Source: a virus (Duplodnaviria > Caudoviricetes). From it: a stretch of DNA of 29,748 nt. The stretch covers positions 1-29,748 of the IMG/VR virus record IMGVR_UViG_3300034894_000022, one strand, 5' to 3'. Position numbers and translations under genes: made by a program. Shown here one piece after another: positions 9,010 to 17,300 of this stretch. How positions within the stretch are numbered: position 1 is the first letter of the stretch; every line of letters starts with the position of its first letter. The notes under the pieces are model-generated. The model saw only the letters and a program-made list of their open reading frames with translations. It made no database searches and was not told where the DNA came from.

Positions 9010-9034
9010 CCGAATTCCTGTGACAAGAATTCGG
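9010..9034. promoter_or_regulatory. 25-bp palindrome upstream of the endonuclease VII gene
   Basis: CCGAATTCCTGTGACAAGAATTCGG, 11 of 12 positions pair. Confidence 0.55.
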
Positions 9035-9044
9035 CGGTGAGCTG

Positions 9045-10340
9045 ATGGCCGGCAACCAGGTGACGTTGACGTTCGGCGGCGACGCCGAGGCGCTCGTGAA
9101 GGCGGCGGCCAAGTCCAAGAAGGCGCTCGACGACGTCGGGGCCGCGGTGGTCGACGCCGGCGACAACATGGACGGCGCCTCGAAAGAGTCGACGGACCTC
9201 GGCACGCGCCTGGGGCACCTTGGCTCGACGGTGGACGCGGCCTCCGGCGCGGTGGACGACATGTCCGGAGCGCTCCAGGCCGTCGCGGACATCTCGTCCG
9301 CAGCCGAACGCCGCGCCCAGGAGCACGCACGCGCCATCAACGACCTGAAGCAGGCCCAGCAGGATCTGAATCAGGCGCTGCTGGATGGCAAGCAGGCGAC
9401 CCTGGATGTGGACCAGGCGAACATTGACGCACAGCAGGCACAGCTGGACGCGAAGACGGCCCAGGAGGACTACAACACGGCCGTCAAGGAGCACGGCAAG
9501 AACAGCAACGAAGCGCGCCAGGCGTCCATCGACCTGAAGCAGGCGCAAGCGGACCTGAAGCAGGCGAACGCGGACGTGGAGCAGGCCACCAGCGACTCCA
9601 CGCAGGCCACCATCGACGCAGAGGCTGCGCAACTCGATGCCAACGAGGCGTACAAGGCAGCACACCCACCGGACCTCCAGAAGTTCCTTGACCAGATCAA
9701 CCAGTACGCGCCGCTCGTCAACGGCCTGGTGGCCATCATCGGCGTCGTCACCGCCGTGCAGTGGGCGTGGAACGCCGCGCAGCTCGCCAACCCGATCGGG
9801 CTGATCATCGCCGCCGTCGTGGCATTGATCGCGATCATTGTCGTGATCGCCACCAAGACCGATTGGTTCCAGCGGGCGTGGCGCGCGTCGTGGGGATGGA
9901 TCAAGAGCGCCGCCGCGTCGGTGTGGGATTGGCTGAGCAAGCTCCCGGAGCGGATCGGCGCCGTCTTCTCGAAGGTCAAGAACTTCATCACCGCGCCGTT
10001 CCGCGCCGCCTTCAACTTCGTGGCCGACGCCTGGAACAACACCGTGGGCGCGCTGCGCTGGACGGTGCCGAACTGGGTGCCCGGCATCGGCGGCAACACC
10101 GTGGGCGCCCCGCAGCTGCCCCACTTCCACAACGGCGGCGTGGTGCCGGGCTCCCCCGGGCAGGAGGTGCTGGCGGTGCTCCAGGCAGGCGAGACGGTTA
10201 CGCCGGCCGGCGCGGGCGGCGGTAGTTCAACACTGGTGATCAAGTCTGGAGGGTCCGCGCTTGACGACGCGATTGTGGAGATCATCGCTCGCGCTGTTCG
10301 CCGTGGTGGTCCTGGCGTTATCAACGTTCGGACGGCCTGA
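9045..10340 (+). CDS. Tape measure protein (short, 431 aa)
   Basis: MAGNQVTLTFGGDA start, Ala/Gln coiled-coil repeats (DLKQAQ.D), ANPIGLIIAAVVALI hydrophobic segment, Trp-spaced repeats, FHNGGVVPG..GETV C-terminus. Confidence 0.92.
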   Translation: MAGNQVTLTFGGDAEALVKAAAKSKKALDDVGAAVVDAGDNMDGASKESTDLGTRLGHLGSTVDAASGAVDDMSGALQAVADISSAAERRAQEHARAINDLKQAQQDLNQALLDGKQATLDVDQANIDAQQAQLDAKTAQEDYNTAVKEHGKNSNEARQASIDLKQAQADLKQANADVEQATSDSTQATIDAEAAQLDANEAYKAAHPPDLQKFLDQINQYAPLVNGLVAIIGVVTAVQWAWNAAQLANPIGLIIAAVVALIAIIVVIATKTDWFQRAWRASWGWIKSAAASVWDWLSKLPERIGAVFSKVKNFITAPFRAAFNFVADAWNNTVGALRWTVPNWVPGIGGNTVGAPQLPHFHNGGVVPGSPGQEVLAVLQAGETVTPAGAGGGSSTLVIKSGGSALDDAIVEIIARAVRRGGPGVINVRTA

Positions 10341-10341
10341 C

Positions 10342-13113
10342 ATGCCGAAGACGAACGTGGGCGTCTCGCTGTACTACTCCGGGAAGTGGAACAGCGCCCC
10401 GGCGTACACCCGGGACCCCATCACCTCCGTGTGGGGGCTGAAGGACGAAGGTGGCGGCATCACCCCTTCGTCGTGCACGGCCACGCTGGACAACCGGGAC
10501 GGCACCTATATCCCGGACGATGCGCGCTCCTCGCTGTACGGGCTGATCGGCCGCAACACCCCGGCGCGCGTGGCCATCCCTCCCGCGCTGACGTCCGGCG
10601 CCTGGTCCGACACGGCGGACGCCTTCGGGCGGACCTCCGTGGACTCCTGGGGGTCCGCTGACTCCGGCGAGGCGTGGAGCACGTTCTCTGTGGGCGGGAC
10701 CATCCTGGCATCTGACTTCCAGGTCAACTCCGGCGTGGGCAAGTTGTCTGTGCCAGCGGCGAACACACTGCGCGCGACCTACCTGGGAGACATCGCTGTA
10801 ACCGATGTCTCCATCGCGGTGACCACCTCCGCGCCGCAGGCCACGGGTGCGTCCCTGGAGATCGCTACCGTTCTGTTCCGTGGCACCACCACGTCCAGTT
10901 ACCAGTCCGTACGGGTGATCGCCAACACAGACAACAGCGTCCAGGTCCGTGCTGTCACCACGAACGGGACGTCCCTGGCGCTGGAGACGGTGGCCGGCCT
11001 CACGCACGCCGGCACCGGTACGCCGCTCCGGGTGCGGGTAATGGCGCTGGGCACGCGCGTCCTGGCGCGGGTGTGGGTAGCGGCGAACGCGGAGCCGACC
11101 ACGTGGGACCTGGACATGGAGGACCCGGACGACACACCGGTGCCGGGCTGGATCGGCGTCCGTGCCGCGCGCTCCAGCGGCAACAGCAACACCTCCCCCG
11201 TGGTGTTCCAGATGGACAACTGGGAGAGCACCAGCTACGCCCCGGTCTGTCAGGGTGGCGTGATCTCCTGGAAGCCCGACCGGGCACTGAAGACGGACGC
11301 CTGGACCAGCATCGAGATTGCCGGGCCGGCGCAGCGCGTGAACGCGGACCTGGGCGTCCGTTCGGCGCTGACCCGCTCGCTGTCCGCACCGAACGTTGCC
11401 GGCGCACCAGACGCCTGGTGGCCGATGGAGGGCCAGGACCTGGCGGCGCACGTGCCTGGGACGGGCGCGGTGAATACCTCCGTGGCCGCACTGGAGCCGG
11501 GCGCGTTCCACTCCGCGTATTTCCCCGATGAGCCGGTGGGACCCATCACCCAGTACACCGGCCCGGAGCTGGAGGGGACGTCCTCCCTCATCGACCTGGC
11601 GGCCGGTGCGAGCCTGAAGGCCACTCCGCCGTACGACCCCACGGCTACGGCGTACGTCATCGAATGGTCCGTGCAGGGCAAGGCCGCTGGCGACGATCCC
11701 ACGCTGGGTTTCCAGATGCTCCGGCTGGACTTCGACAACGGCTCCACCATCACGGGCGTGGGCGCCTCCACGGCTATCGAGATCGGTAACGCGGCGGGGG
11801 ATGACGCCTACCTTCGGATTGAGTCGCTGCTGGGTGGGACCGGGCTGGGGCACTCCGGGGTGCCGGTCTACAACGACCGCGTGCGGGACTACCGCGTCCT
11901 GATCAAACAAGACGGCGCGGACGTGGTGGCGTTCCTGTCGATTGACGGGGAGATCATGACCTCGGTGGTGCGCACCGGGGAAACCATGGGGTCGCTGCGC
12001 TACGTCTGGATGAACTACCCGTCCGGCAAGGGAGACAGCGTCCCCCGGTACGGCCAACTCCGGGTGTGGAACAGCGAGACCCCCACCTCCTTCTCCTCCG
12101 CTGGCATCGGCTACCGGGGGGAAACGGCAGCGGCACGCTTCGGGCGGGTGTGCGAGGAAATCGGCATCGTTCCCAGCGTCATCGGAAGCGACACCGACCC
12201 CATGGGACCGCAGTACCCCGGGACGCTGGGCAACATCCTGGAGGAGGTGGCGCGCACAGACGGCGGCATGATCTACGACGCGCGCTGGTGGTACGGGCTG
12301 GAGTTCCGGACCCTCCGGAGCATGTACAACCAGACGCCGGCCCTGGAGCTGACCTACGGCACGGACGTCGCGCCGCCACTCGCGCCCGTCTCTGACGACC
12401 TGGGCCTGACGAACTCCGTCACGGCCAACCGGACCAACGGCATCACGGTGGTGGCTCAGAAGACGTCCGGACCGCTGAACATCAATGACCCATTCACCGA
12501 CCCAGACGGCGTGGGCCTGGTGCCCACCACCCTGGACGCCAACCCGGAGACCGACGCGGACATGTACGACGTGGCCGGTTGGGCGCTGGCGCTGGGTACG
12601 TGGAAGGGGACGCGGTATCGCAACATCACCGTGGACCTCACGGCGCGGCCCGCCCACTTCCTGGCCGCCATGAGCATCCGCCCGGGGGACCTCATCACCG
12701 TGGCGAGCCTGGAGGCGGACCTGGTGGAGCTGATCGTGGTGGGCGGGGTGAACGTCGTCGGCAACAACAGCCACCGCGCCACATTCAACTGCCGGCCAGC
12801 CGGCCCGTTCCGTGTCCCCGCAGTGGGCGCCAGTGACGTGCGCGTCGGCTCCGCCACCTCCACCCTGGCCGCAGACTTCGACGCCGGCACGGACACCTCC
12901 ATGAGCGTGGCCGTCACCGGCGCGCTGTGGTCCACCACGGCGGAGCCGTGGCACATCACCGTCGGCGGGGTGGTGCTGAACGTCACCGCCGTTACCGGCG
13001 CCACCTCGCCGCAGACCTTCACCGTGGACGCCACGCCGGTCAACGGCGTCGAACGCACCATCGTGGCCGGCGCGCGTGTCGGCATCTACCCGCCGTATTT
13101 CGTCGGTCTGTAG
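10342..13113 (+). CDS. Large tail tip/baseplate protein (923 aa)
   Basis: Follows the TMP; PSSCTATLDNRDG.Y.P..SSLYGLIGRNTP N-terminus, FGRTSVDSWG beta domain, LamG-like AWWPMEG, GETAAARF..MGPQ..DGG hub region. Confidence 0.85.
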   Translation: MPKTNVGVSLYYSGKWNSAPAYTRDPITSVWGLKDEGGGITPSSCTATLDNRDGTYIPDDARSSLYGLIGRNTPARVAIPPALTSGAWSDTADAFGRTSVDSWGSADSGEAWSTFSVGGTILASDFQVNSGVGKLSVPAANTLRATYLGDIAVTDVSIAVTTSAPQATGASLEIATVLFRGTTTSSYQSVRVIANTDNSVQVRAVTTNGTSLALETVAGLTHAGTGTPLRVRVMALGTRVLARVWVAANAEPTTWDLDMEDPDDTPVPGWIGVRAARSSGNSNTSPVVFQMDNWESTSYAPVCQGGVISWKPDRALKTDAWTSIEIAGPAQRVNADLGVRSALTRSLSAPNVAGAPDAWWPMEGQDLAAHVPGTGAVNTSVAALEPGAFHSAYFPDEPVGPITQYTGPELEGTSSLIDLAAGASLKATPPYDPTATAYVIEWSVQGKAAGDDPTLGFQMLRLDFDNGSTITGVGASTAIEIGNAAGDDAYLRIESLLGGTGLGHSGVPVYNDRVRDYRVLIKQDGADVVAFLSIDGEIMTSVVRTGETMGSLRYVWMNYPSGKGDSVPRYGQLRVWNSETPTSFSSAGIGYRGETAAARFGRVCEEIGIVPSVIGSDTDPMGPQYPGTLGNILEEVARTDGGMIYDARWWYGLEFRTLRSMYNQTPALELTYGTDVAPPLAPVSDDLGLTNSVTANRTNGITVVAQKTSGPLNINDPFTDPDGVGLVPTTLDANPETDADMYDVAGWALALGTWKGTRYRNITVDLTARPAHFLAAMSIRPGDLITVASLEADLVELIVVGGVNVVGNNSHRATFNCRPAGPFRVPAVGASDVRVGSATSTLAADFDAGTDTSMSVAVTGALWSTTAEPWHITVGGVVLNVTAVTGATSPQTFTVDATPVNGVERTIVAGARVGIYPPYFVGL

Positions 13114-13122
13114 GAGGACCCC

Positions 13123-13869
13123 GTGGGCACGTACGTGGCCGGTCCGGAGCTGACCGCCGATTACCTCAATGAGCCAGCAGACGCGTTCTGGGCGGGCTAT
13201 GCGCAGGCGCTGAAGTACACAGCCAACAGCAGTTTCGCGAAGGCCAGCTACCCGGGCCTTCGCGGCGTGATCGTGGAGTGCCAGGGCCAGGGTGGGGGCG
13301 GGGGTGGCACCGGAGCCACGGCGGCCGGAACGGTCGGAGCGGCCAGTGGAGGGGGCGGTGGGGGCTTCGTCCGCGCCTGGATCCCAGCGTCCACGCTGGG
13401 CACGTCTGAGACGATCACCATCGGCACGTCCGGCGGCGCCGGCGGTACCGGTACCGGCACTGGTACCGCCGGCGCTAGTACCACGTTCGGTTCCCTCGTG
13501 ACGGCTGGCGGGGGAGGAGTTGGTGAGTCCGTGGCCGCGTCCTCCGCCACCGTCCGTTCGCAGGGCGGGGACGGTGGCACGGGGTCAGTCAGCGGCACTG
13601 GCGTGGTGGAGCTGTTCTACCGCCCCGGCATGACCGGCGGGTCCGGCTACTCCAAGGGCACGACGGCCACGGAGGCCGGCGTGGGCGGGGACAGCTTCAA
13701 CGGCTCCGGCGGCCGGGTGTCCGCCGCGAACTCCGGGGGCAACGGCATCGCGCCCACCACGGGCGCGTACGGCGCTGGTGGCTCCGGCGCCTGGGCGGAC
13801 GTCTCGCAGTCGGCGTTCAACGGCGGTGCCGGCCTGGCCGGCGTCTGTCGCGTGATCCCTGTGTACTAG
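13123..13869 (+). CDS. Glycine-rich minor tail/fibre protein
   Basis: AGGAGG RBS; VECQGQGGGGGG..SGGGGGGF..GAGGSG..GGAGLAGVCRV glycine-rich phage tail domain. Confidence 0.85.
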   Translation: MGTYVAGPELTADYLNEPADAFWAGYAQALKYTANSSFAKASYPGLRGVIVECQGQGGGGGGTGATAAGTVGAASGGGGGGFVRAWIPASTLGTSETITIGTSGGAGGTGTGTGTAGASTTFGSLVTAGGGGVGESVAASSATVRSQGGDGGTGSVSGTGVVELFYRPGMTGGSGYSKGTTATEAGVGGDSFNGSGGRVSAANSGGNGIAPTTGAYGAGGSGAWADVSQSAFNGGAGLAGVCRVIPVY

Positions 13870-13907
13870 CACGCCCGACCTCGGCAAACCGCGGGGGCGC
13901 ACCGGTC

Positions 13908-13940
13908 GCGCTCAGTAGATGAAAATGATTATCATTATCA
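13908..13940 (+). promoter_or_regulatory. Fur/Zur-like operator and promoter element, copy 2 (upstream of endolysin)
   Basis: TGAAAATGATTATCATTATCA (13920-13940). The reverse complement of 13921-13939, GATAATGATAATCATTTTC, matches the classical 19-bp Fur box at 18/19. Lies 31 nt before the start codon. Confidence 0.75.
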
Positions 13941-13971
13941 CGCCCGGCACAGTTGATCGGGAAGGAGCGTC

Positions 13972-14904
13972 GTGGCCACCAGTCCGGAGTACCCGGATCT
14001 CCCCTGGATCCCCCCGAAGTCATGGACTAAGGGCCGACCATCCGGTCAGCCCACACTCATCGTCATTCACACCACCGAGGGCAGCGAGGGCCTGGTGAGT
14101 GCGGAGAACGGCGCGAGCTACGACACGCGCCGGACCGATGGCGTCTCCACGCACTACTTCCATGATCAGGACACCACCATCCAGTGTGTCCGCACCACGG
14201 ACAGCGCACACACGGCCCGCGCCACCGGCAATGACCGCGGTATCCATCACGAGTTGTGCGGCCGGGCGGCGCAGAGTCCGGAGCAGTGGCGCGACGCGGC
14301 CAGCAAGGGCACCATCGCGCGCGCGGCGAAGCAGGCGGCGCGGGACGCGAAGAAGTACGGCATCCCCGTGCGCCGGCTCACCGCGGCTCAGGTGCGCGCC
14401 GGGGAGAAGGGCTTTTGCGAGCACAAAACGATCTCCGATGCATTCGGGGAGACAGACCACCAGGACCCCGGGAAGAACTACCCGTGGACCTCGTTCCTGG
14501 CGATGGTTCAGGAGGAGATGGAGGACGGCGTGAGCCAGGCCGATGTGATCGCGGCGCTGAAGTCGAAGGAAGGCCGCGAGGCGCTGTGCGCCGCCGCGTG
14601 GAACACGGACGGCGTGGTGGCCGCGCCGGAGGAGGCGGCGGAGGGTAACGACTTCTGGGCGCCCGGGTCGTACATGAAGGACGTCCAGGCGCGCGCGCGG
14701 CGCACAGAGAACGCCCTGGCGGCCACGTCACAGGCGCTCCTGGCCGCCATCCAGGCCGTGGGCGCCAACTTCCACGTAGATGAGCAGGCCCTGGGCAAGT
14801 CCCTGGCGGCCGGCGTGGTGGCGTTGCTCCCCGTGGACACGGACGACGTCACCGTGGAGGAGCTGACCCTGGCCATCCGCAACCTGGTTGCCCCGGTCGT
14901 CTAA
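13972..14904 (+). CDS. Endolysin, N-acetylmuramoyl-L-alanine amidase (Amidase_2)
   Basis: GAAGGAG RBS; IVIHTTEG, STHY, SAHTA..GN..GIHHELCG, EHKTIS..DHQDPG..YPW zinc-amidase motifs; helical C-terminal domain. Confidence 0.93.
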   Translation: MATSPEYPDLPWIPPKSWTKGRPSGQPTLIVIHTTEGSEGLVSAENGASYDTRRTDGVSTHYFHDQDTTIQCVRTTDSAHTARATGNDRGIHHELCGRAAQSPEQWRDAASKGTIARAAKQAARDAKKYGIPVRRLTAAQVRAGEKGFCEHKTISDAFGETDHQDPGKNYPWTSFLAMVQEEMEDGVSQADVIAALKSKEGREALCAAAWNTDGVVAAPEEAAEGNDFWAPGSYMKDVQARARRTENALAATSQALLAAIQAVGANFHVDEQALGKSLAAGVVALLPVDTDDVTVEELTLAIRNLVAPVV

Positions 14905-14909
14905 GCACC

Positions 14910-15209
14910 ATGACCGAGCTCAACGGCCACAGCTACGTCACCCGCGCGGAGATCGGCCATCGGTTCGACGACATCCTGACCGAGCTTCGGTTGTTGCGTC
15001 AGGAAGTGGTGCGCCGCGACGTCTACGACGCGGAGCGCCGGGGGGACGCCGCCACGATGGCGGGGCTGCGGACCGATGTTGACGCGCTCGAACGGCGACT
15101 CGTAGCTAGCGAGGAAAGCAAGGCGTCCGCGCGCCGGCAGGCCGCCTTCGCCGTCTTCGCCGCGCTGCTCGCGCTCGCCGTCAACCTGCTCATCCAATTC
15201 ATTCACTGA
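14910..15209 (+). CDS. Lysis-cassette membrane protein (coiled coil plus C-terminal TM)
   Basis: Coiled-coil N-terminus, AAFAVFAALLALAVNLLIQF TM segment; adjacent to the endolysin. Confidence 0.7.
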   Translation: MTELNGHSYVTRAEIGHRFDDILTELRLLRQEVVRRDVYDAERRGDAATMAGLRTDVDALERRLVASEESKASARRQAAFAVFAALLALAVNLLIQFIH

Positions 15210-15219
15210 GGAGGGCACC

Positions 15220-15543
15220 ATGCCTGACCGCATCGCGGGCTACGTCCGCACCATCTGGCCGCTCGTGCTCGGTCACCTCGCCGCGTTCCTGGCGGCGTGG
15301 GTCGGCGCGCGGGTCGGCATCACCGTTGACGCGACGTGGGTGTACGAGCTGCTCGCGGTCGCGCTCGTCACCGTCATCTACGCCGGCGGCCGCTGGCTTG
15401 AGGTGCGCCCTGGCACGTCGACGCCCGCCCGCGTGGCGCGGGCCGTCGGGCACTGGGTGCTCTCGCTCGGCCTGCCGACCGGCCCGCCGTCGTACCCGCT
15501 CACCACGGGCCCGCCGCCCGCCTCTCCGGTCGTCCCTCGTTAG
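15220..15543 (+). CDS. Putative holin
   Basis: GAGGAGG RBS; YVRTIWPLVLG..IYAGGRWLE..WVLSLG..PSY with 2-3 TM segments, resembling actinophage holins. Confidence 0.7.
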   Translation: MPDRIAGYVRTIWPLVLGHLAAFLAAWVGARVGITVDATWVYELLAVALVTVIYAGGRWLEVRPGTSTPARVARAVGHWVLSLGLPTGPPSYPLTTGPPPASPVVPR

Positions 15544-15553
15544 CCGGTGGCTG

Positions 15554-16324
15554 ATGCCCACGATCCCTGACACCGTGCCGTCGCGCGCCGTCCACATCCA
15601 CATCGTCGGCGGCGCCGGCGGCCACGTGTTCCTCAAATCACCTGCCCTGTTCGACGCCAGCGGCGCCCTGATCCTCCCGGCCACCCGGTGGCGGGCCACC
15701 CTCGACGTGTCCGACGAGGCCACGATCACTGTCCCGTGCACTGACACGGACACGATCAGCCCTGTCGGTTGGGCGTACAAGGTGACGACCAGCATCGCCG
15801 GCGTGGCGCCCATGGGATCGCTGCAAGTGCCCGCAGCGGGTGCCGCCCTGGAGTTCGCGACGGCGATTCAGGTCGGCGCGCCACCGACCCCGGCCGCGTC
15901 GTATGCCACGCTGGCCGCGCTGAACGCGGCGGCCGACACCCTCGCGGCGGCGGACACGACCGAGGCAGACGCGCGTGCAGTCGCCGACACGGCGCTCGGC
16001 ACCGCCGTCGGAACTGCCGCCGGATATGCGGCGGACGCCCTGAACCGCATTGCCGCCATCGAGACTGGCGCCGCAGCCCACGCAGCGCTGAATGTCACCA
16101 ACGGTGCGGTTGTTGGCGGTGACCTCACCGTCATCGGGCCCGCCGTTACCGGCGGTCGCAACGGCCTGCTGCCTTGGCGTCCTGCCGGCCGGCTCACGTA
16201 CGCGGGGCCGCCGGCCCTCGGGACCTGGGAGGAGGGCGACACGGCCCTCGGCTCGACCGGCATCGTGTGGCTCTGCATCGGCGCCGGCGTGGACGAAGGC
16301 GCGACGTGGACGTCCGCACCCTAA
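15554..16324 (+). CDS. Tail fibre/spike-like protein downstream of the lysis genes
   Basis: N-terminal PCTD..PVGWAYKVT anchor-like segment, Ala-rich stalk, C-terminal GPPALGTWEEGD..WLCIGAG..TW motif seen at fibre C-termini. Confidence 0.6.
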   Translation: MPTIPDTVPSRAVHIHIVGGAGGHVFLKSPALFDASGALILPATRWRATLDVSDEATITVPCTDTDTISPVGWAYKVTTSIAGVAPMGSLQVPAAGAALEFATAIQVGAPPTPAASYATLAALNAAADTLAAADTTEADARAVADTALGTAVGTAAGYAADALNRIAAIETGAAAHAALNVTNGAVVGGDLTVIGPAVTGGRNGLLPWRPAGRLTYAGPPALGTWEEGDTALGSTGIVWLCIGAGVDEGATWTSAP

Positions 16325-16366
16325 CCCGGCCCGGGGTACCCACGCGGGGCACCGGGCCGGGTTAGG
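16320..16366. terminator. Bidirectional terminator between convergent genes
   Basis: Perfect 15-bp inverted repeat CCTAACCCGGCCCGG / CCGGGCCGGGTTAGG. Confidence 0.75.
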
Positions 16367-16393
16367 AAAGCGCTTTCCGTGCCTCGCGGTCGC

Positions 16394-16999
16394 TTACTGC
16401 GCCGGCCAGCCGAGGCCGGGCGCCGGGCTGACCGGGGCATCGCCCGCGGCCGCGAGCATCCGGGCCGCCTCGGCCGTGTCGGCCGGCGCCTTCGGGGTGC
16501 GGCTCGCGCGAGCGGCGGCGCGTCGGGCCTTCTCGGCGTCGGCGCGGTTGCGGCGCTTCGTCTCGGCGCCGCGGCGGGCGGCGTCGGACCGGATGGGGTC
16601 GACCACCTTGACCACCGGCTCGACCACCGGGGCGGGCGCCGGCTTGGCCTTGAGCTTCGAGACGAAGAACTCGGCGAGCAGGTACGCGGCCACGGTCCAC
16701 ACACCGACGAGGCGCTGCACGACGTTCTCGCCGACCGCGACGTTGGCGGCCACGGACGCCGAGCCGGCCAGCAGCAGCGTCCACAGCGCGGCGCGGCGGG
16801 CGCCGGCGTCGGCGACGTCGCTGTTGCGCACCATCGCGGCGAGGAAGGCGAGCAGGTCGACGGTGGCGGGGACGGCCCACGCGTAGAGCGTGCCGAGGCT
16901 GGCGGCGGCGAGCAGCTCGTGCTGGTGGCCGTAGGACTGGGCGCCGGCGACCAGCGCGATGAGGTAGGCGCCGATGCGGGCGATGAGCAGGATGTTCAT
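16394..16999 (-). CDS. DUF2637-like (SpdA-like) membrane protein
   Basis: AGAQSYGHQHEL..YAWAVPATVDLL..SASVAANV, four TM segments and a basic tail; GGAG RBS. Confidence 0.75.
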   Translation of the reverse strand: MNILLIARIGAYLIALVAGAQSYGHQHELLAAASLGTLYAWAVPATVDLLAFLAAMVRNSDVADAGARRAALWTLLLAGSASVAANVAVGENVVQRLVGVWTVAAYLLAEFFVSKLKAKPAPAPVVEPVVKVVDPIRSDAARRGAETKRRNRADAEKARRAAARASRTPKAPADTAEAARMLAAAGDAPVSPAPGLGWPAQ

Positions 17000-17092
17000 G
17001 GGGGACTCCAGTTCTTGGGGGCCGGGGGCGCGCCCTGGTGGCGCCGCTCCGTCCGGCTCGGTGTCGTACGGTGGTGCGAGGGGCCGGGAGTG

Positions 17093-17194
17093 CTAGACGA
17101 AGCTGAGGCGCATCAGCCGGGCGACGATCTCCCAGTCGATCCCGTAGCGGCCGCTCAGGAAGGTGATCCGGTCTGTGATGGCCTGGCTCATCAT
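17093..17194 (-). CDS. Small 33-aa protein
   Basis: AAGGGAG RBS then ATG ATG; MMSQAITDRITFLSGRYGIDWEIVARLMRLSFV; first gene after the leftward promoter. Confidence 0.5.
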   Translation of the reverse strand: MMSQAITDRITFLSGRYGIDWEIVARLMRLSFV

Positions 17195-17236
17195 TTCTGT
17201 CTCCCTTGTTCGTTTCCCCTTGCCCTGTGCATTAAG

Positions 17237-17291
17237 TGTACCACAGAAAATCCCCACGGGTCTACACGGGGCCGAAGATTTCTGTGGTACA
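17237..17291. promoter_or_regulatory. Divergent promoters with a 13-bp inverted-repeat operator
   Basis: TGTACCACAGAAA (17237-17249) / TTTCTGTGGTACA (17279-17291). Each copy runs into a -10 hexamer (TACACT leftward, TACATT rightward). Confidence 0.7.
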
Positions 17292-17300
17292 TTTTTCGGC

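Noticed and set aside
9340-9570. Repeated GACCTGAAGCAGGC in the TMP
   Set aside because: Reflects the protein repeat DLKQA; not a DNA element, DGR or CRISPR.
10321-12954. 877-aa minus-strand ORF, and similar long ORFs at 3869-5158, 8994-10130, 20166-21380, 25634-27043 and 27593-28951
   Set aside because: Antisense shadows of real genes in GC-rich DNA; no motifs or RBS.
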